The notes under the pieces are model-generated. The model ran no database searches, had not been told where the DNA came from, and saw only the letters and a program-made list of their open reading frames with translations. 45,982 nucleotides of DNA from an uncultured Methanosarcinales archaeon (GTDB lineage: Archaea; Nanobdellota; Nanobdellia; Woesearchaeales; CAYPCY01), in the NCBI GenBank assembly GCA_964409385.1, contig CAYPCY010000004.1, positions 1 to 45,982 on the forward strand. The letters are read 5' to 3'. The translations under genes were made by a program, and so were the position numbers. Below, piece after piece: positions 28,446-37,691 of this stretch. Positions within the stretch are counted from its first letter, which is position 1, and each line of letters opens with the position of its first letter.

Positions 28446-30464
28446 TCAGATTTTTTGGATGTAATCTCTTTTAGGATGGAAAATGTCTCCTGATCTGGAT
28501 AATTTAGTTAGTGTTTCATCAACATCAGTTCTGGAAACTCCTTTATTTTCACATTCTCTAATAAGATCTTCAATTGGAATGCTTTTTCCGAATAGCTCTT
28601 CTAATTCAGTAATTATGTTTTTTACAATTCCAATATGGCTTCTGTCAGAAGCTGTAATTCCCGTAGTTATTCTATCAATATCTAATTGTTTAGTTTCGGG
28701 ATCTATGCCTATTTGTTCAAGACAGAAATTCAATAAACCAATTGCTTTTATTGCGTCATTTTTTTCAACAGTTTTAGAAAGTCTGGTTTTTGCAGATGCT
28801 TCAGAAAGTCTTACTAATGCTTCTAGTTGTCTTGCGGAAATAGGGATTGGTTTTACTTCGAATTCATCTGTAGAAGATGAATTCCTTATTGAAACATAAT
28901 ATTCTTTTATTTCATTAAATGCTGATTCTGTAAGAATTGGATTGATTTTTTGTTTTGCATAAGCAATATATTTTCTTAATAATTCTTCTTTGATGGGTGT
29001 TTCTTTAACATCTGATGTTTGATGGAGTTTCAGGATGAAAGATGCCATTTTGGAATCTCTGTCTTTATTAGGAATATCTCTTATTGGAAATATTAAATCA
29101 AATCTGTTTATTAGAGTGCTTGGTAATTCTATTTGTTTGGCTGGCGGTTGGTATGGATCAAACCTTCCAAATTTGGGATTTGCGGCTGCTAAGACAGTAG
29201 TTTCTGCTCTTAGGGTGGCTTGAATATTTGCTTTACTAATAGTCACTGTTTGTTGTTCTAATGCTTCATGCATTGCACTTCTGTCTTCATCCCCCATTTT
29301 ATCTAACTCATCAATAGAACAAAGACCTTTATTTGCCAGAACTAGAGCTCCTGCTTCTAGTGCCCAACCTCTTATGAAATCATCCTTAACTACTGATGCA
29401 GTAAGTCCTGCCGCGCTCGCACCTTTCCCTCCTACAAATCTTGCTTTTGGAGCTACAATAGTAACTCTTTTTAACATTTGAGACTTTCCAGAACCGGGAT
29501 CGCCAATTAATAAAATATGCATGTCTCCTCTGGTTGTTACACCATCCGTTCTAATTTTTCTAACGCCTCCAAAAAGTTGTAAGAGTAATGCTTCCTTAAC
29601 TTTGTCATGGCCATAAATAGATGGTGCCAAGGATTTAACTAATAATTCGTAAATATTCTTTTTTTCTGAAAGTTTTTTAATTTCTTCTTCTTCTTTCCTA
29701 TCTATACTAATTTCAGAAAATTCTTCTTCTACCGTTTCAAAATAATTTGCTTCTGCTATTAAATCAAATCTTATTGAGGTTCCTCCACTCCTTAAAATTA
29801 TTGGAACTTCGTTAATAACACAATTAACTATTATTTTACTTCCAGGATTTGTTTTTTTCTCACTTAAAGGACTTACTAAGTCTGCTTGTAAGAAAACGTC
29901 TAGTCTTTTTGGTTGTGCACCACCGTCTAAAGTTTCAGGAGATTCTTCTAGAACTATTTTTTGAGCATCAACAAGTTCTTTGCTTAGAATTTTAAATTTT
30001 CCTTTTCTTCCACAACCACATCTTGAAGGTTCTTTGAATTTAGTATCTAATTGCAAAACAGAAATTATATTTCCACAACTAGGACATTCAAATCTTGCAG
30101 AAGTTACTTGTGGCCTAACATCTGATTTTTGTCTTATTATTCCTTCTATTTGTATAAATTTATTTATGTGTTTACTTCTAACATTCTTTATTGCTACTTT
30201 TTGAGTGTTTGGAATATTCTTAACTCTTATTCTAAAATTAATGTTTGACTCCAAATCAAATTCTTGACATGCTAGTTCTATGGCTCTAATAACTTCGTCA
30301 GGCTTTTCAAGAAGTTCTTCAGCTAATTTGTGATTAAATTTAAGTAATTCTTCAAAATCAATAATTAAAAAATGCTTCCCTTTTCGGGAAGCTTCAAAAA
30401 GTGTAGATTGGTAAAACTTGTCAATAAATTCTTGGAATTTTTTGATTTGTTTTACAACATCCAT
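28446..30464 (-). CDS. mcm: MCM replicative helicase
   Basis: Zn finger CPSC...CGC, APSIYGH, GDPGSGKSQ, IDELDKM, EALEQQ, NRFDL, ARQLEALVRLSEA; no intein. Confidence 0.97.
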   Translation of the reverse strand: MDVVKQIKKFQEFIDKFYQSTLFEASRKGKHFLIIDFEELLKFNHKLAEELLEKPDEVIRAIELACQEFDLESNINFRIRVKNIPNTQKVAIKNVRSKHINKFIQIEGIIRQKSDVRPQVTSARFECPSCGNIISVLQLDTKFKEPSRCGCGRKGKFKILSKELVDAQKIVLEESPETLDGGAQPKRLDVFLQADLVSPLSEKKTNPGSKIIVNCVINEVPIILRSGGTSIRFDLIAEANYFETVEEEFSEISIDRKEEEEIKKLSEKKNIYELLVKSLAPSIYGHDKVKEALLLQLFGGVRKIRTDGVTTRGDMHILLIGDPGSGKSQMLKRVTIVAPKARFVGGKGASAAGLTASVVKDDFIRGWALEAGALVLANKGLCSIDELDKMGDEDRSAMHEALEQQTVTISKANIQATLRAETTVLAAANPKFGRFDPYQPPAKQIELPSTLINRFDLIFPIRDIPNKDRDSKMASFILKLHQTSDVKETPIKEELLRKYIAYAKQKINPILTESAFNEIKEYYVSIRNSSSTDEFEVKPIPISARQLEALVRLSEASAKTRLSKTVEKNDAIKAIGLLNFCLEQIGIDPETKQLDIDRITTGITASDRSHIGIVKNIITELEELFGKSIPIEDLIRECENKGVSRTDVDETLTKLSRSGDIFHPKRDYIQKI

Positions 30465-31001
30465 CTATTGAACCTTTTTCAAATTTTCAATAAGCTTTTC
30501 AACAGCAGAATGAACCTCGTCTTCAGATTTTGTTCCTGTACATACTATTTTTCCATTACTAAACAATAAAAATGTTGCTTTTGCGTCTCTTAACTTGTAA
30601 ACAAGTCCTGGAAATTGTTCTGGTTCGTATTCTGTATTATCTAACTTCATTGCCAGAGTGTTCAGGTTTAAATCCATTCCAATATCGCCAGAAGCGACAA
30701 TGTTTTGAACATTAATCTCTGGAGTTATTTTAATTTTAATACCTATTTTTTCAACACTTTCAACAATTTTAATAAGTGATTCTCTTACTTTGTCTAAACT
30801 TCTTGCTCCTGTACATACTATTTTTCCAGAACTAAAGATTAGTGCCGAAGTTTTAGGATCTTTAATCCTAATAACTAATCCTGGGAATTGTTCAGGATTA
30901 TATTCTGTGTTACTTAACGTAGCAGCCATTTTTTCTAGTGGAATGTCATGTTCCAAACTGCTAGAAACAACAATATTTACAACTTGTATGTTTTTAACCA
31001 T
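30465..31001 (-). CDS. tbp: TATA-binding protein
   Basis: Two repeats of NIV(V/A)S...EY(N/E)PEQFPGLV...FS(S/N)GKIVCTG. Confidence 0.98.
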   Translation of the reverse strand: MVKNIQVVNIVVSSSLEHDIPLEKMAATLSNTEYNPEQFPGLVIRIKDPKTSALIFSSGKIVCTGARSLDKVRESLIKIVESVEKIGIKIKITPEINVQNIVASGDIGMDLNLNTLAMKLDNTEYEPEQFPGLVYKLRDAKATFLLFSNGKIVCTGTKSEDEVHSAVEKLIENLKKVQ

Positions 31002-31154
31002 GTTTTACCCCTCGTTTTTTAAAAAGTGTTTATAAATGAGAATCAAAAGTTCTTTATAAATACTCTTGTTGTTGAATTGTGTTTTTTAAGGATATAAAGC
31101 ACACCAGCATTTCCAGTGGAGATTTTTCTTTTTCTTTTTCTTTTATTCTCTCTG

Positions 31155-31189
31155 GTTAAAAATTAACAATCGTTAAGTTTTTAAAACTT
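31155..31189. promoter_or_regulatory. Putative operator and TATA of the suf operon
   Basis: Overlapping inverted repeats GTTAA-aaa-TTAAC-aatc-GTTAA (31155-31176) abutting TTTTTAAA about 25 bp before the regulator ATG. Confidence 0.55.
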
Positions 31190-31207
31190 GATTATTTCTC
31201 TTTTTTA

Positions 31208-31558
31208 ATGGAATTTCCTCAACATATCGAATTATGGTATTTACTGCCTGCAATAAGAAGAGAACTTTCTAAAGAATTGAAAAGAAAAGGATTGTCACAA
31301 AGAAAAATAGCAGAATATTTAGGAATTACAGAAGCAGCAGTTTCTCAATATTCAAAGTTAAAAAGGGGGAAAATTTTATTGCCTGAACAATTAAAATGGC
31401 AAGTTAAGGAATCTGCAGGGAGAATATATAGAGGAAAACCAGCCTTTGAAGAAATATTTTCTTTGGTTAAAGAATCTAGAGGAGAAATACTTTGTCAGAT
31501 TCATAAAAAAGTAGATTCTGATGTTCCAGAGTCTTGCAAATTGTGCTTTGAAAAATGA
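31208..31558 (+). CDS. XRE-type HTH regulator with C-terminal CxxH...CxxC motif (putative suf regulator)
   Basis: LLPAIRREL...GLSQRKIAEYLGITEAAVSQY..KRG; CQIH...CKLC; ATGA overlap with sufB. Confidence 0.85.
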   Translation: MEFPQHIELWYLLPAIRRELSKELKRKGLSQRKIAEYLGITEAAVSQYSKLKRGKILLPEQLKWQVKESAGRIYRGKPAFEEIFSLVKESRGEILCQIHKKVDSDVPESCKLCFEK

Positions 31559-32868
31559 TAAATGAAAAAATAATAAGAGAAATTTCAGTTTCTAAGAAAG
31601 AACCTTCTTGGATGTTGAAAAAAAGGTTAAAAGCTTTAAAAATATTTAACAAATTAAAAATGCCTGATTGGGGGCCGGAACTTTCTAAATTAAAATTTGA
31701 TGAATTAACTTATTTTGTAAAGCCTGGTGCTAAGCAAACAAGATCATGGAATGAAGTGCCTAAAGATATTAAAGAAACATTTGAAAAATTAGGAATTCCT
31801 GAAGCAGAAAGAAAAGCATTGGCAGGAGTTGGAGCACAGTACGAGTCTGAAACTGTTTATCATAATCTTAAGAAAGAATGGGAAGAGAAAGGAGTTATTT
31901 TCTTAGATATGGATGAGGCATTAAGGAAACATCCTTCTCTTGTTAAGAAATACTTTAGTAAATGCGTTCCTATAACAGATCATAAATTTGCAGCATTGCA
32001 TTTTGCAGTGTGGAGTGGTGGGACTTTTTTGTATATTCCTAAAAATGTAAAAGTCAATATGCCATTACAAGCTTATTTTAGAATGAATTCTCCTGCAATG
32101 GGACAGTTTGAACATACACTAATTATTGTTGATGAAGGTGCAGAAGTTCATTATTTGGAAGGATGTAGCGCACCCCAATATACTGAAAATAATATTCATG
32201 CAGGTTGTGTAGAAGTTTTTGTTTCCAAAAATTCTAGGATGAGATATTCTAGTGTTGAAAATTGGAGTAGAAACACATATAATTTAAACACTAAAAGAGC
32301 AATTGTTGAAGATAATGGACTTATAGAATGGGTGGGTGGTAATTTAGGAAGTGGAGTTACAATGCTTTATCCTTGTTCAGTATTGAAAGGAAAAAATTCT
32401 AAGTCTGACTATTTAGGAATTGCATTTGCAGGAAAGGGACAAAATCAAGATACTGGAGGTAAAGTAATCCATATTGGCGAAAATACTAGATCTACATTAA
32501 TCAGTAAAAGTATTAGTAAGGATGGAGGAATTTCAACTTATAGAGGCTTAGTTAAAATATTACCAGGGGCGAAGAATGCAAGGTCAAGCATTAATTGTAA
32601 TGCATTACTATTTGAAGATTCAGTTTCAAAAACAAAACCTTTAATGAGAGTTAATGAAAAAACAGCTTCAGTTTCTCATGAAGCGAGTGTTGGAAAAATA
32701 AGTGACAATCAAATTTATTACATGATGTCTCGCGGCTTAAATGAAGAACAAGCGACTCAATTAATAGTTTCAGGATTTATAGCACCAATAGTTAAAGAAT
32801 TACCAATAGAATATGCTCTAGAATTTAATAGGTTAATACAATTAGAAATGGAGAATTCAATAGGATGA
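31555..32868 (+). CDS. sufB: Fe-S cluster assembly protein SufB
   Basis: AGVGAQYESE, WSGGTF, PLQAYFR, GQFEHTLII, EGCSAP, HEASVGKI, LPIEYALE. Confidence 0.97.
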   Translation: MINEKIIREISVSKKEPSWMLKKRLKALKIFNKLKMPDWGPELSKLKFDELTYFVKPGAKQTRSWNEVPKDIKETFEKLGIPEAERKALAGVGAQYESETVYHNLKKEWEEKGVIFLDMDEALRKHPSLVKKYFSKCVPITDHKFAALHFAVWSGGTFLYIPKNVKVNMPLQAYFRMNSPAMGQFEHTLIIVDEGAEVHYLEGCSAPQYTENNIHAGCVEVFVSKNSRMRYSSVENWSRNTYNLNTKRAIVEDNGLIEWVGGNLGSGVTMLYPCSVLKGKNSKSDYLGIAFAGKGQNQDTGGKVIHIGENTRSTLISKSISKDGGISTYRGLVKILPGAKNARSSINCNALLFEDSVSKTKPLMRVNEKTASVSHEASVGKISDNQIYYMMSRGLNEEQATQLIVSGFIAPIVKELPIEYALEFNRLIQLEMENSIG

Positions 32869-33644
32869 AGGAAGTAAGATTGAAAAGAGGTTTAGGAATA
32901 GAGACAAGAGTTAAAATAGAAGAACTTCCTTTAAAGAAAGAGAAAATAATTTTTTCAGGAATTCAAAAAGAAAAAATAATTTTAAAACCATTCGTTAAAT
33001 TAGAAATATTGGTTGAAAAAAATTCAAAACTAAATTTAGAATTAATTCAAGATAGTAAAGGAAATTATGAGGAACAAATTATTGTTTTAGTAAAGAAAAA
33101 TTCTTTTGTTAACTTTCTTTATTCGCATACTTCCGGAACATTACTTAGTAATAAACATTTTGTTTTGGAAGAAGATTCTAAATTGTTTTTTGAAGAAAGA
33201 AATTATGGTCTTAAAACAGTAAGTCATTCAGTATTTAATTTAAGAAAAAATTCGGAATTAAAAGTTATTTCAAAACATATTGGTAAAAAACAAGAACATG
33301 ATTCAACATTGGAAGTTATTCATGAGGAAAAAAGTTTTGCTAATTTGGAATCTAGAAATTTATTGAAAGATTCAACTGCTTTAACGAGAGGAATAATAAG
33401 AGTTTTGAAAGATGCTGCAGGAACCGAAACGGAATATATTTCAAAAAATCTTTTATTTGGTGATAGTTCTGCTAATACAATTCCAGAATTAGACATTTAC
33501 AATGAAAACATTATTTGCAAACATGGAGCAACTATTGAAACAATTAATGAAGAACAAATTTATTATTTAATGTCTAGAGGTTTGAGTAAGACTGATTCTA
33601 TAGAAGTTGTAACTTCAGGACTTTTTGGGACTAATGGAGTTTAA
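32865..33644 (+). CDS. sufD: SufD-like protein (short)
   Basis: ANTIPELDIYNENIICKHGAT...YYLMSRGL. Confidence 0.88.
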   Translation: MKEVRLKRGLGIETRVKIEELPLKKEKIIFSGIQKEKIILKPFVKLEILVEKNSKLNLELIQDSKGNYEEQIIVLVKKNSFVNFLYSHTSGTLLSNKHFVLEEDSKLFFEERNYGLKTVSHSVFNLRKNSELKVISKHIGKKQEHDSTLEVIHEEKSFANLESRNLLKDSTALTRGIIRVLKDAAGTETEYISKNLLFGDSSANTIPELDIYNENIICKHGATIETINEEQIYYLMSRGLSKTDSIEVVTSGLFGTNGV

Positions 33645-33650
33645 ATTAAA

Positions 33651-34826
33651 ATGAGAAAAGATTTTCCAATATTAAAGAATATAATTTATTTTGATAATGC
33701 TGCCACATCTCAAAAGCCAAGAGTAGTTATTAATGCAATCAAACAATTTTATGAGAAAGAAAACTCTAATGTTCACAGGTCAGTTCATAAATTAGCAGAA
33801 GTAGCAACTTTAAAATATGAATCTACAAGAAGAAAAACTTCAGAATTTCTGGGATGTAAAGCTAATGAAATAATTTTTACTTCAGGAACGACGCATTCTC
33901 TAAATTTATTAGCTAATTCCAAACGTTTAGAATTAGAAAGTAATGATGAAATATTAATTACTGAAATGGAACATCATAGTAATATAGTTCCTTGGCAAGA
34001 AATTAGTAAAGAAACAGGTGCTAAACTAAAATTTGCAGGTGTTGATAATAATGGTGTGTTAGACATGAAAACTTTTGAAGAATTACTTAATGTCCATACC
34101 AAAGTAGTTTCAATAACTTCAATGTCGAACTTAACTGGAATTAAAAATCCTGTGAGAAAAATTTCTGAACTGGTAAGAAGTAAGGCTCCTGATGCAGAAA
34201 TAATTCTTGATTGCGCACAATCAATAGTTCATGAAAAACCAAACATCAAACTAGTAGATTATCTTGTTTTTTCCAGCCATAAAATGTTTGGACCAATGGG
34301 TCTTGGAATTTTATATGGTAGGAGAAAATTATTAGAAAAATTAAATCCTTTAATGTTTGGCGGAGAAATGATAAATAAGGTAACGAAGAAAAAAACAATC
34401 TTTGCAGATCCACCTCAAAAGTTTGAGGCAGGAACCCAAAATGTAGCGTCTGTTATTGTATTTTCAAAAGCTTTGGAATATTTAGAAAAAAATTATGAAT
34501 TCATAAAAAAACAAGATTCTGAATTGTTAGAATATGCAACTTTTGAATTAAAGAAAATTAAGGGTGTTGAAATATTTGGTGATATTAATAATAAAGGACC
34601 AATAATTTCATTTACTCTTGAAGGAATACATGCTCATGATTTAGCTCAGTTATTAAGTGAAAAAAATATTGCAGTGCGTCCTGGACATATGTGCGCCCAG
34701 CCTTTAGTTGATAAGACAAATAAGGATGCTTTGACAAGAATAAGTTTTTTAGCTTATAATACTAAAAAAGAAATTGAAATTTTTATAAACTCTTTGAAGG
34801 AAATAAAATGTATCTTGAAGAATTAA
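33651..34826 (+). CDS. sufS: Cysteine desulfurase SufS
   Basis: YFDNAATSQKP, EMEHHSN, SSHKMFGP, FEAGT, RPGHMCAQP (group II). Confidence 0.95.
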   Translation: MRKDFPILKNIIYFDNAATSQKPRVVINAIKQFYEKENSNVHRSVHKLAEVATLKYESTRRKTSEFLGCKANEIIFTSGTTHSLNLLANSKRLELESNDEILITEMEHHSNIVPWQEISKETGAKLKFAGVDNNGVLDMKTFEELLNVHTKVVSITSMSNLTGIKNPVRKISELVRSKAPDAEIILDCAQSIVHEKPNIKLVDYLVFSSHKMFGPMGLGILYGRRKLLEKLNPLMFGGEMINKVTKKKTIFADPPQKFEAGTQNVASVIVFSKALEYLEKNYEFIKKQDSELLEYATFELKKIKGVEIFGDINNKGPIISFTLEGIHAHDLAQLLSEKNIAVRPGHMCAQPLVDKTNKDALTRISFLAYNTKKEIEIFINSLKEIKCILKN

Positions 34827-35179
34827 TGGAAGAATATAGAGAACCAGAAAATTTTGGTGTGATGAAGAATTATTCAGCCACACATAAGGATTGGAATAGT
34901 TCTTGCGGGGATGAAATAATTGTTTATTTGAAAATTGAGAAAGATATAATTAAAAATATTAAATTTCAAGGTAATGGTTGTGCAATAAGTGTTGTGGCTA
35001 TGTCACGGCTTTCTCAGAAAGTGAAGGGAAAAACAGTAAAGAAAGTTTTAGCTTTTAATAAAGAGAAAGTTTTAGGATTGTTAGGGATTGAAATAAATCC
35101 CATGAGATTAAAATGTGCATTATTGTCTTTAAAGGCTGTAAAAACTGCAATTGTGAGGTTTGAAAATGCTAAAAATTAA
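34808..35179 (+). CDS. sufU: SufU/IscU-type scaffold or sulfur-transfer protein
   Basis: NSSCGDE, GCAIS, RLKCA. Confidence 0.9.
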   Translation: MYLEELMEEYREPENFGVMKNYSATHKDWNSSCGDEIIVYLKIEKDIIKNIKFQGNGCAISVVAMSRLSQKVKGKTVKKVLAFNKEKVLGLLGIEINPMRLKCALLSLKAVKTAIVRFENAKN

Positions 35180-35870
35180 TGAGTTGATTGTTAAAACAGA
35201 AGGAAAAGAAATAATTACTGGACTTAATCTGGAATTAAAAAAAGGGATTAATGTTTTAATGGGACCTAATGGTTCTGGAAAAACAACCTTAGCACATGCA
35301 ATAATGGGAAATCCTAAATATTTTGTTTTGGGAAGTATTGTTTTTAATGGAAAAAACATTATTAAGTTAAAGGTTGATAATAGGGCTAAAGAAGGAATAT
35401 TCTTATCTTTTCAAAATCCTGAAAATTTAGAAGGAGTTAAAATTTCACATTTTTTAAGAACTAGTTATAATTCAATAAATGAAAAAATTCCTGTCTTGGA
35501 ATTTAATAAATTGTTAAAGGAGAAAATGAAACTTTTAGGTTTAGATTTTAGTTTTGCTACTAGAAGTTTGAAAGATTTTTCTGGAGGGGAAAGAAAAAAA
35601 CTTGAAATGTTGCAGTTATTAGTGTTAGATCCAGAATTAATAATTTTTGATGAGACAGATTCAGGATTGGATGTTGATGCTTTGAAGCAAGTATGTAAAA
35701 ATATTACTTTATTAAAGAATAAAATAGTGTTAATAATAACACATTATAGAAGAATGCTTCATTATTTTAATGTTGATAAAATCTTTGTAATTAAGAATGG
35801 AAAAATAATAAAAGAAGGAAATAAAAACCTCGCTAAACGAATTGAAGATCAAGGTTATGATTCTATCTAA
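35166..35870 (+). CDS. sufC: Fe-S assembly ATPase SufC
   Basis: MGPNGSGKTT, FLSFQNP, FSGGERKK, DETDSGLDVDAL, ITHY; ATG 35166 follows SD GAGGT. Confidence 0.95.
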   Translation: MLKINELIVKTEGKEIITGLNLELKKGINVLMGPNGSGKTTLAHAIMGNPKYFVLGSIVFNGKNIIKLKVDNRAKEGIFLSFQNPENLEGVKISHFLRTSYNSINEKIPVLEFNKLLKEKMKLLGLDFSFATRSLKDFSGGERKKLEMLQLLVLDPELIIFDETDSGLDVDALKQVCKNITLLKNKIVLIITHYRRMLHYFNVDKIFVIKNGKIIKEGNKNLAKRIEDQGYDSI

Positions 35871-36222
35871 TTGGTTTTAATTTCACTTTATTTTTAAGAG
35901 AAATTTCCCATTTTGGTAATGCAAAACCACTCCTAACTAAATGAGTGTTGAATATTTTCGCAAAACTCCAGCAAGCCTTATGGTGTAGTAACCAACTAAT
36001 AATATGTTCTGAATAACAATAAGAACACACATCAATATCTTGTTTACAAAGTAAGCAATTAATTTCTGAAGTGAAATTAAAGTCTTTAATCTCGTAAGTC
36101 TTCATTCTTAATTCACTTACTAGTTCTGGATTAGTTTCTAACATCCAAGACTCAATTTCCTTCTCTAAACACTCTGGACAAACAGGGTGTTTTACTGCTT
36201 CATAACATACTTTGCAATTCAT
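35863..36222 (-). CDS. Cys-rich (4x CxxC) putative zinc-finger protein
   Basis: CKVC, CPEC, CLLC, CSYC; SD GAGGTG. Confidence 0.75.
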   Translation of the reverse strand: MNCKVCYEAVKHPVCPECLEKEIESWMLETNPELVSELRMKTYEIKDFNFTSEINCLLCKQDIDVCSYCYSEHIISWLLHHKACWSFAKIFNTHLVRSGFALPKWEISLKNKVKLKPIR

Positions 36223-36412
36223 TTTCTTAACACCTCGTAGTTATGCCTCTGAAGTTTCCAAAAAGTTTTACAATAAAAGAATTTATTCCTTGATTGCAAA
36301 ACCCTGGTGGAATCAACAATCAAGGCAATAGATTGGTCTAATGACTAAGGAAAAATTCAGTTTCCAAAAGGTCATTAAATCAAACATAATTAATTTATAA
36401 CAAAACACATAT

Positions 36413-36655
36413 TTAAATATTGTGAATTTTTTTTAGTGCATTATTTATCTTTTCAACATTAAAACCAACTATTATGGTTCCGTTAATATCAGTTACTGGG
36501 ACGCCCATTTGATTAGATTTCTCAACCATTTGATCCCTTGCTTTATCATTCTTTGAAACATCAAGATCTTTGAATGAAACTTTCTTTTCTTTCAAATATT
36601 CCTTCAATCTTTTACACCATGGACATGTTGGTGTTGAATAAAGGGTTACTTCCAT
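36413..36655 (-). CDS. Glutaredoxin-like protein (NrdH/YruB family)
   Basis: YSTPTCPWC, MGVPV, IVGFN. Confidence 0.92.
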   Translation of the reverse strand: MEVTLYSTPTCPWCKRLKEYLKEKKVSFKDLDVSKNDKARDQMVEKSNQMGVPVTDINGTIIVGFNVEKINNALKKIHNI

Positions 36656-36737
36656 TTTATTTATTTTGTTAAGTTAGTATATATACTTTTGTTATTCAAA
36701 CACTAACTTTTAATAATGTTCTACTTTTCTTGTTTTT

Positions 36738-37481
36738 ATGCTTTACATAATAAGGTATGGTGAAATAGGAATTAAGGGTAAAAATAGAAAATATTTTGAG
36801 AAGGCCTTGGTAAGGAATATTAAAGAATTTTGTAAACCCTGTACTATTGAAAGAATTCGTGGAAGAATATTAGTGGAGACAGAAATCCCTTCATTTAATA
36901 GAGTTTTTGGTATTGTAAATTATAGTCCTGCTGTAATAGTCGAGAAAGATGTTTCTTTAATTGAAAAAACTTGTTTGAGTATTGTGAATAATGAGAAGAC
37001 ATTCAGAATAAGCGCTAGGAGATTATCAAAGAATTTTCCTTTAACTTCACACCAATTACAAGCAAAAGTTGGCGCATTTATTGTTCAAGAAAAAAGATTA
37101 AAAGTTGATTTAGGAAATCCTGAATTAAATATTGGTGTGGAAATTCTTGAAGATAAAGCAGTAGTGTTTTCTGAAAGGATTAAAGGACTTGGCGGATTAC
37201 CAGTAGGAACTGCAGGGAATGTAATTTGTAGAGTGAGTTCTAAAGCTGATGAACTAGCTTGTTTATTAGCGATGAAAAGAGGTTGTTTACCTAATGTGGA
37301 GGGCACTTCTAAATTGTTGAGGAAGTATTTAAAGAGAGAGGCAAAATTGAAGTTCAAAGCAGAAATTTCAGGAAAAACACTTTCAGAATTACCTGAGAAG
37401 GAAGAAACAGTTTTTTATCCTTTAATTAATTATTCTAAGCAGGAAATAGAGCAGGAATACGAGAGATTTATAACTAATTAA
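36738..37481 (+). CDS. ThiI-like THUMP-domain protein with degenerate, truncated PP-loop domain
   Basis: IRYGEIGIKGKNR, RVFGI, THUMP, GLGGLPVGTAG; SGGxDS replaced by SSKAD; only 247 aa. Confidence 0.85.
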   Translation: MLYIIRYGEIGIKGKNRKYFEKALVRNIKEFCKPCTIERIRGRILVETEIPSFNRVFGIVNYSPAVIVEKDVSLIEKTCLSIVNNEKTFRISARRLSKNFPLTSHQLQAKVGAFIVQEKRLKVDLGNPELNIGVEILEDKAVVFSERIKGLGGLPVGTAGNVICRVSSKADELACLLAMKRGCLPNVEGTSKLLRKYLKREAKLKFKAEISGKTLSELPEKEETVFYPLINYSKQEIEQEYERFITN

Positions 37482-37496
37482 TTTTTTCTTTTGTTT

Positions 37497-37691
37497 ATGA
37501 AAGTTTATATTGAAAGACCAAAGACTGAAAAAAATTTAGAGTTTGAAGGAACTGTTAAAGAATTATTAGTTTTGTTAGATATAAATCCCGAAACAGTAAT
37601 AGTTGCAAATAATAATGAATTAATCACTGAAGAGGATGTTCTAAAAAATACTGATGAGATTAGAATAATGAGTGTGATTTCAGGAGGATGA
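37497..37691 (+). CDS. Ubiquitin-like sulfur carrier (MoaD/ThiS/SAMP, TtuB-like)
   Basis: Beta-grasp pattern TVKELL..L.INPETVIVANN, C-terminal VISGG. Confidence 0.92.
   Translation: MKVYIERPKTEKNLEFEGTVKELLVLLDINPETVIVANNNELITEEDVLKNTDEIRIMSVISGG

Noticed and set aside
28446..30464. Inteins in MCM (also checked in RFC-S and Cdc6)
   Set aside because: Walker motifs are contiguous and lengths are normal
36288..36377. H/ACA guide RNA reading of the two hairpins
   Set aside because: No convincing K-turn or ACA box after the stems; kept only as a generic structured leader
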